Shown piece after piece: positions 1 to 9,484 of a stretch of 64,000 nt of DNA. Each line of letters opens with the position of its first letter. The stretch's first letter is position 1. The DNA is taken from positions 2,306 through 66,305 of IMG/VR virus record IMGVR_UViG_3300040971_000026; one strand, 5' to 3'. Source of the stretch: a virus. The notes under the pieces are model-generated. The model saw nothing but the letters and a program-made list of their open reading frames with translations. It searched no databases and was not told the origin of the DNA. Made by a program: the position numbers and the translations under genes.

Positions 1-841
1 TCTATGGTCAATAGGATTGATTCATTGATAATAATTAATATTACTACTTATATATTATCTGCTACTATATTCTATTAATAAATAAATTCTACTTAGTAGG
101 ATTAATAGATGGATGATAGACTCTATTATATAATAATAAATAAATTATACTATTGATAACTATATAAATGATAATAGATCTCAAATAGATTATAATAGTA
201 ATAGTATACTTACCTAGCTAGCAATTACGCCACTAGGCGTGGCAAGACACGCTAAGGGTTATCGTGAACTAGGATGCTTAAACTAGGATAAAATGACGTC
301 CTATAGGGATACCCTACTCAATGTATAGGTAGGTGGTTTACAATCGGGTTTAAATTGATTGTAAGGTGGTTTGTATTGACAGTGTATATACTGTGTATGT
401 ACAGTATAATTGAAACATGACATATGTCAGGTGTATGCTTTGACTAGTACAGTAATACATCTGAGAGAAAATCCCTGTTACTCAAAAGAAAAATGAACAA
501 GAACCACGTTACGTTCATTATTAATATATCTATATTCATATATTACAATACATAAGTATAGAATAGATACCAATTCGACTATATTCTACTATCTAAATAT
601 AATGATGCAAGTATCCTTACCACTGATACCATAGGTCAGCTTAAAGCACCATATAACATATCTTATGTAGTCATATCTTAATTGTATTTTTACAATATAG
701 TTTTATAGTTCTAAATGATAATAAGTATCATATACTATAGGGGATGGTAAACAAGAATCAATCTTTCTTAATAATGATACCCGGCTCTATCTCATCCATC
801 CTGTCGCAGTATTTTTTTACCCAATTATTCTCCCCTATCGT

Positions 842-1411
842 AAACTCTAGTAAAATCAAGCATCTCCACTACTTTCCACCCTTTAAATCACCCTTCGTCT
901 AGGTATCGTTCAACCCCTTGCTATGAGCTACTTTCAGCTATTATACCCATAAATATCCAATTATCGTCTATTTTGTCCAATTATTAATAAAGCAGTTATA
1001 AACCTAGTAAATTCAATGGTTTGGCTTATTTCTATAGTAGAAAATTTATCTATCTGTGATACCTAATAATAAAAAATATATCGACTATTTTTATCCTATT
1101 AGATTTAATATACTCCTATAATTTATTTTTAATAGGATTAATATCTAATTGAGAATGGTTCTTATATATATTTATACAATAAAAAAAGAGCAGTTTTTGA
1201 CCACTCTTTTATACACTCTTAATTATTTTACCTATTATAATATTCTTTCTTTACAGTAGACGTCTGTAAACCCAGTGAAATCAAGGGCTTGAACAAAATT
1301 CTAGCAGTTTTGGGTATTTTTTTGTCGATTTTGACCCCTTATAAACGTGACTTTTTCGTTATTTTACACGTTATTTTTTTAAAAAGCTGATAAACCAGTA
1401 AAATCAATACC
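842..1411 (-). repeat. Cluster of ~23-bp imperfect palindromic repeats, consensus AANCCYTTGATTTTACTRGGTTT
   Basis: Minus-strand copies at 842-861, 1000-1022, 1268-1290 (rc AAGCCCTTGATTTCACTGGGTTT) and 1391-1411; degenerate plus-strand copy at 914-934. Confidence 0.7.
1181..1210 (-). terminator. Probable intrinsic terminator downstream of the helicase-like gene
   Basis: AAAAGAG...CTCTTTT stem flanked by A/T tracts. Confidence 0.4.
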
Positions 1412-1465
1412 TTGGCTAAATAGAACCGTTTTTAATCTTTAGACGTGCCCCTGCAAATTTCCCAA

Positions 1466-2686
1466 CTAAGATATTTCTCCGTTCAAATAGCTATAAAGGA
1501 TATCCCTCATTCTTTTTGATGGAATATAAATATCAATAGGCTTACCTTCTCTAACTTGACTTCTCCATATCCACTGTATTAATTCCGATAGAGTCCAAAG
1601 GTCTTCATCTACTATTATATCATTAGAAGAAAATAACGAACGTATTTCTGGTTTTAAAAATCTATTACAACAATAAGCTAAAACCTTGGTGTTTCTAAAT
1701 TCGTTAGTAGCCCTCATATTCATTGGTAGAAATCTTTTAGTGTATCCATCTCCTTTTATTTTTGTCCTAGCATCTTTAAATGTGCACCATAGTCTGTCAT
1801 CTGATTCACATTTACTTATATTTCTAAACCAATTATAAAGATTATTTTTTAATATAGGAGTGAGTACATCTTCGTTTTCAGCATCTGTCTTAAACCAATT
1901 ATAACTTAATGAGGTTCTACTATCTCCTATGCTGTTTATTTTACCCTCGTAGATGTTGATTAATTCCTTTAATGGTTTAATTCTCTCTAAGGCAACTTCT
2001 TCTGAGTATGGCATTAATTTAGCACCATCGACTTGATAGTAGTCGTAACTTACTTCATATAAATCATAATAATACTTTTGAATCTGCCCTTTAAATAAAT
2101 AGGTTAAAATATAAACCTCTTCAAAGTATTGGAATATATCTACTGGGAAGTTCCAATATACTAGTTTGTCATTAACTACCAATAGATTTTTATTTAAGCA
2201 CATATTCTTAATGTCTGAGTATCTAAATGAAATATCTTCATCATATTCATTTTCTTCATCCCATATCAGCAAGTTCCCTTCCGTTTTAACTAATCCTAAT
2301 TTGAATAGCATGTGTAGGTCTTTTATAGTAAAGTCGTCTACTTCTTCAACTACATTCATTACCTCGTCTAGAATTAAGGTGTATCCATTTGCATTTAATG
2401 CTTGTCTTGTGGTTCCATCCGCCTTTGTAAACAAAGCGTGAGTAGAACACACATTTCTCCCTTCCGATAACAGCTTATGAAAGTTTCCCTTTTTTGATGT
2501 TTTGTTGTAGATGTTTGGCTCTACCATTCGGTTATAATCCTTGGTGGAGTGTTTCATCCTAGTTATCTCATCTAAATACGGTGTAATATAGATATACTTC
2601 TTTTCTGGATGGGAGCAAATTTCATTAATTGCCCATGTAGTTTTGCCACTTCCCATTATTGAGTCTATTACTTTTACTTTTGTCAT
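1466..2686 (-). CDS. SF2 (DExD-like) helicase-fold protein, possibly origin-binding/replication protein
   Basis: Walker A MGSGKT, Walker B LILDE, C-terminal QWIWRSQVR motif; start moved to the ATG at 2686 behind RBS GAAAGGAA. Confidence 0.7.
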   Translation of the reverse strand: MTKVKVIDSIMGSGKTTWAINEICSHPEKKYIYITPYLDEITRMKHSTKDYNRMVEPNIYNKTSKKGNFHKLLSEGRNVCSTHALFTKADGTTRQALNANGYTLILDEVMNVVEEVDDFTIKDLHMLFKLGLVKTEGNLLIWDEENEYDEDISFRYSDIKNMCLNKNLLVVNDKLVYWNFPVDIFQYFEEVYILTYLFKGQIQKYYYDLYEVSYDYYQVDGAKLMPYSEEVALERIKPLKELINIYEGKINSIGDSRTSLSYNWFKTDAENEDVLTPILKNNLYNWFRNISKCESDDRLWCTFKDARTKIKGDGYTKRFLPMNMRATNEFRNTKVLAYCCNRFLKPEIRSLFSSNDIIVDEDLWTLSELIQWIWRSQVREGKPIDIYIPSKRMRDILYSYLNGEIS

Positions 2687-2720
2687 ATAAAGTTCCTTTC
2701 TGTGATTGATAGTTAGATTC

Positions 2721-2749
2721 ATTATACTACAGACAATAATCAATGTCAA
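2721..2749 (-). promoter_or_regulatory. Sigma-A promoter for the helicase-like gene
   Basis: TTGACA-17-TATAAT on the minus strand. Confidence 0.85.
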
Positions 2750-2772
2750 TAGAAAGTTTTTTAATTTAGTGG

Positions 2773-2801
2773 TTGACATAATAACGCCTCTGTAGTATAA
2801 T
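2773..2801 (+). promoter_or_regulatory. Sigma-A promoter, rightward toward the yonO operon
   Basis: TTGACA-17-TATAAT. Confidence 0.85.
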
Positions 2802-2846
2802 AGATTTAGAGGCACATCAACTGCGGAAAAATAATTAAAATAATAG

Positions 2847-2874
2847 TTGACTTTTACCGTATTTGTGGTACAAT
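2847..2874 (+). promoter_or_regulatory. Second tandem sigma-A promoter
   Basis: TTGACT-16-TACAAT with TGn extended -10. Confidence 0.6.
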
Positions 2875-2906
2875 AGACTTATAAGACAAAAGAGGAGGAA
2901 TATATT

Positions 2907-3557
2907 TTGGCAAGCAGCAATCCAATTGAGAAGTACAAAGGGCAATATAGGGTAAGATGTGAAATAGATGAGGAAACTAATGATTATCCTAGAGAATTAA
3001 AGAAAGATTCAAAGGGTAGGTATAAACCTATTGGTGAATATGTCCATAACGATATCTATATAGAATGTCGCTATGGGAAAGTTTATTGGGTAGGCAGAAG
3101 TACTTATGAAGTATGGGTCAAAGGAATTGTTAAATTTAATAATTTACTCAAGAAGTTTAAAAAGGATATTATTTCCATAGTAGAAGGAGAGGGTGAGGGG
3201 TCATTTGTATTCCCGGAGAGCATTATCCATGAAGTAATTTCTAGTATGGGCGGGGGATATATAACAAAAGTCAACGATTCTCCATTCAAATCTGGCAATC
3301 TTGAATATTCTGATTACAAAATTCCACCAAAGGATAAAGAACAACTTAAGGCAATAGCAGAATCTAAATCTTGGGACATGTCTACTTATGGAAGATTGTA
3401 TAATTCTTTTGTAGAAGAAGTTCTCTATCCTAAAGATAAGGATTTTAGTAGTAGCTTCAGAAGCGATTGTAGAAAACAAAAATTAAAGACGCTAGAATAT
3501 ATTCATAAAAATGGATATTGGGATTCTTTTATAGAATACGCAAAATCATATAAGTAG
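2907..3557 (+). CDS. Hypothetical phage protein
   Basis: 216-aa ORF, RBS GAGGAGG, TTG start. Confidence 0.75.
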   Translation: MASSNPIEKYKGQYRVRCEIDEETNDYPRELKKDSKGRYKPIGEYVHNDIYIECRYGKVYWVGRSTYEVWVKGIVKFNNLLKKFKKDIISIVEGEGEGSFVFPESIIHEVISSMGGGYITKVNDSPFKSGNLEYSDYKIPPKDKEQLKAIAESKSWDMSTYGRLYNSFVEEVLYPKDKDFSSSFRSDCRKQKLKTLEYIHKNGYWDSFIEYAKSYK

Positions 3558-3756
3558 TTCTAAAATATTCAATATGTGTTTTCGTTGCTGTGGGCAAAGA
3601 GTCGGGGTCAAATTTCAATTCTAACCCCAAATAGGTACAAAGTGTCAAACCCGAATATAGAATCGGTTTTTGTAGCCATAAAATGACTCATACTGCTTAG
3701 ACATAAAATCATGTTAGGTGGTGATAAACATAAAATTGTAAAAGGAGAAGATTAAA

Positions 3757-3963
3757 ATGACGAGGTTCGAGGAATTAATAGAAGAGGCAAAGGTAAGATT
3801 GAGTGAGGATAGTTTTAAAAAGATAACATGGAAATCATGCCATATGGTTCATTCTAATGTGGATAGAAGATATTGCCTAGATTTTTATGATGGAAATATA
3901 GATTTAGATGATGATTCAAATGCGACAATACAATCTTATGGATTCAGTGTTGAAGTTATTTAG
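3757..3963 (+). CDS. Hypothetical protein
   Basis: 68-aa ORF with RBS AAGGAG. Confidence 0.7.
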   Translation: MTRFEELIEEAKVRLSEDSFKKITWKSCHMVHSNVDRRYCLDFYDGNIDLDDDSNATIQSYGFSVEVI

Positions 3964-3997
3964 TAATACAATGTAATACGCAGAAGGGTAGAGGGTT

Positions 3998-5164
3998 ATG
4001 TATAAAGAAATTGGATATATTTATAAAATAATAAACAAGCAGAATGCGAAGTTTTATATTGGAAGTACGAATGATTTTAATAGAAGGGTGTATGAACATA
4101 AATATGAATTAAACAATGGAAAGCATGCGAACAAATACTTACAAAGCTCATGGAATTTATATGGCGAAGACTCATTTGAGTTTAAGAAGATAGCAGAAAT
4201 AGATGCGGACATTAGGGTTGAGCTAGAAATGTTTTATATAGAAAAGCTAAAGCCCAACTATAATATGATAACCACATTTGGCAATTTGCCAGAGTATAGA
4301 AATGAAGAATTAAACGATTTAGTTGAGGTGGAGCTGATTAGAAATATAAAGCAAATGTATGCTTATGGCTTTTCTATTAGCGAAATTTGCAACTCATTAG
4401 ATTTAGACAATAAGTACCCTTTTCTGTGTAATGTTCTATCTTTAAATACTTGCGCACATATATCTCCAGAATTAAATGATAAAATTATAAGAAATAAAAA
4501 ATTGAACTATATTGATTTAATTAATATGCCTATAAACGTGGCAATATTAAAATTGGAATATGGCGTAAGCAATCCCGTTTTGGAAGATATTTTTAGAATA
4601 AATAGAAAGGCTATAATTAAATATGAGAAAGAATATTTACAACTTGAGAAAAATAAATTAGAGCACTGCACATTATGTGGAAGTGTATTTGTAAAGATTA
4701 AAAAGGGGCATAGTCACTGCACCTCTTGTAGAAATAATAGCGTTATATCGGATAAATATAAAACAACTAATAAAACAAAAAAAGAAAAGAAAGAGTTTAT
4801 ATTATATAATTTAGAATTTTTAAATATAAATGAGATGATTGGCAATGGAAATTCAAAAAGATGCGTAATGAAATATATAGAAGATAAATATGGGCTGTCC
4901 ATTGAATACAGAGACATTAATGAATTAATTGAATTATCTGATATCGAAGTTGGGAAAAAGATGAGTAAAAGAGACATCAGAATTGAAGGATTGTCTGAGT
5001 TTTTTGATGATATAATAAATCTATATACCATTGAAGAGCTGTCTGTTTCGCAAATATATAAAACATATAAATCTAGGGATTTGGACGTTAAATACGGAGA
5101 TATAAAAGAGGTTATTATGAGAAATGGCATTGACATACGGCCAAGTGGGTATTATACAAACTAA
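3998..5164 (+). CDS. Free-standing GIY-YIG homing endonuclease
   Basis: N-terminal GYIYKI...FYIGST...RRVYEH motif; CxxC...CxxC in the C-terminal half. Confidence 0.85.
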   Translation: MYKEIGYIYKIINKQNAKFYIGSTNDFNRRVYEHKYELNNGKHANKYLQSSWNLYGEDSFEFKKIAEIDADIRVELEMFYIEKLKPNYNMITTFGNLPEYRNEELNDLVEVELIRNIKQMYAYGFSISEICNSLDLDNKYPFLCNVLSLNTCAHISPELNDKIIRNKKLNYIDLINMPINVAILKLEYGVSNPVLEDIFRINRKAIIKYEKEYLQLEKNKLEHCTLCGSVFVKIKKGHSHCTSCRNNSVISDKYKTTNKTKKEKKEFILYNLEFLNINEMIGNGNSKRCVMKYIEDKYGLSIEYRDINELIELSDIEVGKKMSKRDIRIEGLSEFFDDIINLYTIEELSVSQIYKTYKSRDLDVKYGDIKEVIMRNGIDIRPSGYYTN

Positions 5165-5174
5165 GGAGGCATAA

Positions 5175-8009
5175 ATGGCAATTAAAATACCATCAATAAA
5201 CATAAGAAGATTGTATACAGAGGATGAATTTGAATTGGCTGAGTCCATAAGGGAAATTCAGTACGAGTTAGAGGATATCAAAAACCATAAAAAATTAGAA
5301 TTATTGGCAAAAAGTGGCAAACCACATAGAAAAAATCTCCATGAATTATCTTTAAAAGATTATTTTAGCATATTCCACTATGAGAATATTGCTTTTGATA
5401 GAACAAAAGAGGAGTCTGTTTTTAATAAAAGATTAAATAGGAATAAGGATTATGTAAAAAGAATCAATAATTTTATAAAAAAGTACAAATATTTAATAGA
5501 TAATCACGAATATAATGAATGGTGTAGAAATAATGAGAGAATGAAAGAACTTAGATATTTTTTAAATCTCTATTCCTTACAACTAAATGAAAAATTGTCA
5601 AAAATATATAAAACGGCAAATAGAAAAATATCTCACTTTTATCAATCCGATTATGTGGATTTATTTGAATGTGAACTTCAAGAGGCGTTTGAAATAGAGA
5701 ACCATGCTTTTTCTCAAAAAATAATTATCATAAAAGCAGACGAGTCTAACATATTTAAGGATATCATCTTTAATGGGTTTGTGTATGGTGGCAAAAAATA
5801 CGTACTATTCAGTGCTTCTGCGGGACAACTTAGGAAAACCAAGGTTATGTTTGTAGAAGAAAATGCTTATAAAAGAGCCGAAGGAAGATTGACCAATGGG
5901 TTAACAACTGAGGTAATAAATTCATATGGCGGAGTAAATATAACCAAGTGGAGTGCTTATTTAGCGTTGGCAACGTCATCTACTAAAGAATGGAAGAATC
6001 TTAAAATAGATAGAATGATAGTCGTTGATGATTTTGAAACCACATTAAAAGATAGATTGGTTGATAGTATAAACTCTGATTTTGAAAAAAAGAGAATAAG
6101 AAAAGATGTTTCTATCCCTCATACTGATGGATTTGGTATGATTAATTCTAGAAAGTTAAAAGATACCAGGGTAATTAGAGCGCCTTGGATAAAGGGTTTA
6201 ATAGGATGCTTTGACTATATAGGATTTATAGAAGAATTTGGTGGAAGTTATGAAATCCAAGATATATATGGGAAAATTCATGATGTTAGAAACATTGATG
6301 TAATTTTAACTAAATCACAATTTAAAATGAGTTCATTTTATAAAGATTGGGACGACTATGTTTCTAAGTTTAAAGAAAATGGATGTAAAATACGCTATAT
6401 GAACGCAGAAAGTAAAAAGGATTTGAGATTAAAGGCTAAATTTAATTATCAGATGTGGAACACATTGGACGTGGATAATATACCCGAGTTTGTGGAGTAT
6501 TTTTTAGAAGATGAAGCAGAATTAATAAAAAGAGCACACACCGAAGTTAAAGATATGTTGGATATTTTTCACGTAGACATTAGTTCATATAAGCGAAATA
6601 GAGGTAATCTACAAAAAGCCCTATACCTATATCCGTCATTGTTATCTACCCAAGTGTTTAGAAGACCATTGTATAACATGGTGACAAAGAGAAAAAATGA
6701 GCTTAGACAAGGAAGAATAAAAATAAACGGGGTTTATACTTTTATTTTACCAGATATTTATGCTTGGTGCGAAAGATTATTTCTAGGAATAGAAAATCCT
6801 AGTGGATTACTTTCTGATGGTGAAGTTTATTGCAGTTTAATTAAAAATGATAAAGAAATTTTAGTAAATAGAAGCCCTCATTTATATTTAGAGCATTGTG
6901 TTAGAAAAAATCTTATTAATCATGAAACTAAACGTTGGTTTATAACAAAAGGGGTCTATACTTCTATTCATGATATGATTAGTAAACAACTATTTTTCGA
7001 TGTAGACGGGGATATCGCTTTGGTAGTGGATAATGATTATTTAGTGGACACTGCAAAAAAGACAATGGAAAATATAGTCCCATTAGACTTTGAGCTGGCG
7101 AAAGCAAAAAGTACAGAAATATCATCTATCGCTTTATATGACGCATATTCTCCGGCCTTTGATGTAAATATAGGCGAATATTCAAATATGATTACAAAAG
7201 TTATGAATAGCGATAATAAAGATATTGACCTAGTTGCAAAAATCTGTTGGCTAAACAATGTTTTTATAGACTATGCCAAGACAAGTTGGACACCTGAAAT
7301 ACCGGAAGAATTGGAGCGAACTCTGAAACAACTAAAGAATAGCAAGCTTCCAAATTTTTTCATATATGCGAAAGACAAGGATGAAGAAAGCGTACTGCCT
7401 ATAAACAAAAATAGCGTAGTAGACAATATGGTTTTATATGTAGATAACATGATGAAAATGGAAGGGAAAGAAACTAGGCTAAGATATGATTTTGCTAGTT
7501 TGCCAAAGTTTGTAATTTCAAATATTTTAGTAAACAATGTCGACGATATTATTTATGATGATGGACTAATAAATAAGTTTAACGAAATGTGTCGCTCTAA
7601 ATATAAGACGAGAATACGTCATAACTTAGAAAACATGGATAAGGCAGAAGAGTTAAATGAAGAAGAGTATATTGACGGCGTTCTTATAGGTGAAATATAC
7701 GACTATATCTTTAGCAATAACATGGATATAGATTATAGTATTGACATTCTCATAAAGTATGTATTTAAAGAAAACAAGGACAAGGATATGTTGTTCACTT
7801 TATTTGGAGATATTATTGTTTCTAGGTTAGAAGATAAATTTAGCGACCTTGCCACCGAGTCTGCTATCTACTGCGAAAAATGTGGAAAGATAATTAAGAA
7901 GAAAAGTGTAAATAGTAGGGCTAAATATTGCGATGAGTGCGCAGAGGAAGAGTGGAGGATTTATAATGCCGACAAGCAAAAGGAGTATAGAATCAAAAAA
8001 CGTGTATAA
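5175..8009 (+). CDS. yonO: YonO-like single-subunit two-barrel DNA-dependent RNA polymerase
   Basis: 944 aa; TDGFG, RSPH and catalytic DVDGD motifs; C-terminal Zn finger; upstream of the late genes as in SPbeta. Confidence 0.88.
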   Translation: MAIKIPSINIRRLYTEDEFELAESIREIQYELEDIKNHKKLELLAKSGKPHRKNLHELSLKDYFSIFHYENIAFDRTKEESVFNKRLNRNKDYVKRINNFIKKYKYLIDNHEYNEWCRNNERMKELRYFLNLYSLQLNEKLSKIYKTANRKISHFYQSDYVDLFECELQEAFEIENHAFSQKIIIIKADESNIFKDIIFNGFVYGGKKYVLFSASAGQLRKTKVMFVEENAYKRAEGRLTNGLTTEVINSYGGVNITKWSAYLALATSSTKEWKNLKIDRMIVVDDFETTLKDRLVDSINSDFEKKRIRKDVSIPHTDGFGMINSRKLKDTRVIRAPWIKGLIGCFDYIGFIEEFGGSYEIQDIYGKIHDVRNIDVILTKSQFKMSSFYKDWDDYVSKFKENGCKIRYMNAESKKDLRLKAKFNYQMWNTLDVDNIPEFVEYFLEDEAELIKRAHTEVKDMLDIFHVDISSYKRNRGNLQKALYLYPSLLSTQVFRRPLYNMVTKRKNELRQGRIKINGVYTFILPDIYAWCERLFLGIENPSGLLSDGEVYCSLIKNDKEILVNRSPHLYLEHCVRKNLINHETKRWFITKGVYTSIHDMISKQLFFDVDGDIALVVDNDYLVDTAKKTMENIVPLDFELAKAKSTEISSIALYDAYSPAFDVNIGEYSNMITKVMNSDNKDIDLVAKICWLNNVFIDYAKTSWTPEIPEELERTLKQLKNSKLPNFFIYAKDKDEESVLPINKNSVVDNMVLYVDNMMKMEGKETRLRYDFASLPKFVISNILVNNVDDIIYDDGLINKFNEMCRSKYKTRIRHNLENMDKAEELNEEEYIDGVLIGEIYDYIFSNNMDIDYSIDILIKYVFKENKDKDMLFTLFGDIIVSRLEDKFSDLATESAIYCEKCGKIIKKKSVNSRAKYCDECAEEEWRIYNADKQKEYRIKKRV

Positions 8010-8023
8010 ATGTGAAACCGCCG

Positions 8024-8114
8024 AACCCCTTGATTCTACTGGGCTTAAGTCGATTTTACGAAAAAGTTACTTTTCTTATCATGGGCCGCTCAAACCCTTG
8101 TTGACACTGGGTTT
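8024..8114 (+). repeat. Two copies of the ~23-bp repeat downstream of yonO
   Basis: AACCCCTTGATTCTACTGGGCTT (8024-8046) and AAACCCTTGTTGACACTGGGTTT (8092-8114). Confidence 0.75.
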
Positions 8115-8252
8115 GTAGCCTGTTTTTGTGCAAAAACTTATGTATAGTATATGGATATGGGTATCAAGAAACTCGATGGGTTAAAATTGGAACAGGTCAA
8201 AGCCTTGACATCCCATCCAACTTTTAAAAATAAACGATAAAAGGAGAATTTT

Positions 8253-8540
8253 ATGCTAATAAAAACTATTGATTATGTTGCTAATAAAGGCGTTGTACTG
8301 GTCAATCTAAATATAGATGATTTTCCACTAATATATGCAAAAGGGAATCAACTGAAGTTTTCTAAAGATGGAACTGAAACGAATCTTACATTTGCATCTT
8401 CAGAAATGGCGGAGAATGCCAGAGATAGAATATTTAAGGCTTATGGCGAGAAATCTCCTTATAGCAAATATGTTGACTTGACAATAGAAGAGATACAAGA
8501 TTCCAAACCCGAAGTTCGAGAAGAGTCTACCACTGAGTAG
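8253..8540 (+). CDS. Hypothetical protein
   Basis: 95-aa ORF, RBS AAGGAG. Confidence 0.75.
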   Translation: MLIKTIDYVANKGVVLVNLNIDDFPLIYAKGNQLKFSKDGTETNLTFASSEMAENARDRIFKAYGEKSPYSKYVDLTIEEIQDSKPEVREESTTE

Positions 8541-8558
8541 ATAAAAGTACAATTTCAT
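8541..8558. repeat. 18-bp palindromic site, copy 1 (probably inverted relative to the others)
   Basis: ATAAAA-GTACAA-TTTCAT immediately after the stop codon. Confidence 0.6.
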
Positions 8559-8779
8559 GTGGGGACAACCTTCCAAACTAATAGCAGAGTTTGCTCACCC
8601 ACTGGATATAAATTATTGTCGTGTGCGTCTACGATTCATAATGTGATGCGGAAACCCCTTGCCTTAGTAGGGAGCTGAAAAAGCGGTGATTCTCAGCCAT
8701 AGAAGTGGGAACAACTGAATACTGTGGCATTTAAAATGCTTGCGCCCCAACCTTGGCGTGTCTAAGTAAAGGTTAATAT
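8559..8779 (+). ncRNA. Candidate structured non-coding RNA upstream of the tRNA
   Basis: No credible ORF, raised GC, consecutive stems: GTGGG/CCCAC, CAAACT/AGTTTG, GCTGA/TCAGC, CCATAG/CTGTGG, AACCTT/AAGGTT. Confidence 0.4.
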
Positions 8780-8854
8780 CGCAGAGTGGACTAACGGTTA
8801 GGTTGCTTGGTTCATATCCAAGAGAAAAAATGGGTTCGACTCCCATCTCTGCGA
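8780..8854 (+). tRNA. tRNA with CAT anticodon (elongator Met or Ile2); CCA not encoded
   Basis: Acceptor CGCAGAG/CTCTGCG, anticodon arm CTTGG-TTCATAT-CCAAG, T arm ATGGG-TTCGACT-CCCAT. Confidence 0.88.
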
Positions 8855-8891
8855 TTGTACGGTCTTCATTTTACCATACTCTCCTTTCTGT

Positions 8892-8926
8892 CCACTGGGT
8901 AGGATATCTTAACTACTACCCAGTGG
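8892..8926. terminator. Strong hairpin (terminator or processing site) after the tRNA
   Basis: CCACTGGGTAG...CTACCCAGTGG 11-bp stem. Confidence 0.55.
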
Positions 8927-8950
8927 TATAAAAAAATTAGGGGTGATTAT

Positions 8951-9484
8951 GTGAAATCTTTAACAATAATTATAAATAGAGACATAATTAAAGAATATAA
9001 TAAGCTATATTTTAAGAAATATCCAAGTAGAAAAAAGTCTTACTTTATGAATAATTGGAAATCTAAAAGAAAGAATCCGAAAGAACTATATAAAACATTA
9101 TCATTAAATGAACTTTTACCAATGAACTCTAGGCAATATTCAACCTTAAAGAATCAATGGGCTGACTTTGCTAATTTTTTGGTAGATAAATACAACCTCA
9201 AGGGTTTAAATTTAACAAATTGTGTTGTAGACGTGGTTTGGTATCAAGAAACAAAGGCAAATACAGATTATGACAATTCTTATGGTGGGTTGAAGTTATT
9301 ATTTGACCCTCTTTTTGTTGGCTCTAATATGTTTGTAGATGATAACCATAATCATGTTGCGGTACTAATAAGTGATATTAGATATGATAAAGACAATCCG
9401 AGAATGGAAATAAGGATAACGCCTTGTGGCAAATTAAAAACTAGAAAAGAAAAATTAGACTTGCATTTTAAAATCTTTGATTAA
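8951..9484 (+). CDS. RusA-like Holliday junction resolvase
   Basis: DYDN...K...D...FVDDN pattern typical of RusA; C-terminal PRMEIRI. Confidence 0.6.
   Translation: MKSLTIIINRDIIKEYNKLYFKKYPSRKKSYFMNNWKSKRKNPKELYKTLSLNELLPMNSRQYSTLKNQWADFANFLVDKYNLKGLNLTNCVVDVVWYQETKANTDYDNSYGGLKLLFDPLFVGSNMFVDDNHNHVAVLISDIRYDKDNPRMEIRITPCGKLKTRKEKLDLHFKIFD

Noticed and set aside
376..410. Sigma-A promoter TTGACA...TATAAT
   Set aside because: The spacer is 23 bp, too long.
842..1411. CRISPR array
   Set aside because: The repeats are degenerate, irregularly spaced (120-270 bp) and of mixed orientation; no cas genes.
7933..8118. 61-aa ORF overlapping the end of yonO
   Set aside because: No RBS; runs through the non-coding repeats.
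8664..8846. 60-aa minus-strand ORF
   Set aside because: Antisense to the tRNA and the structured region; a typical tRNA shadow ORF.
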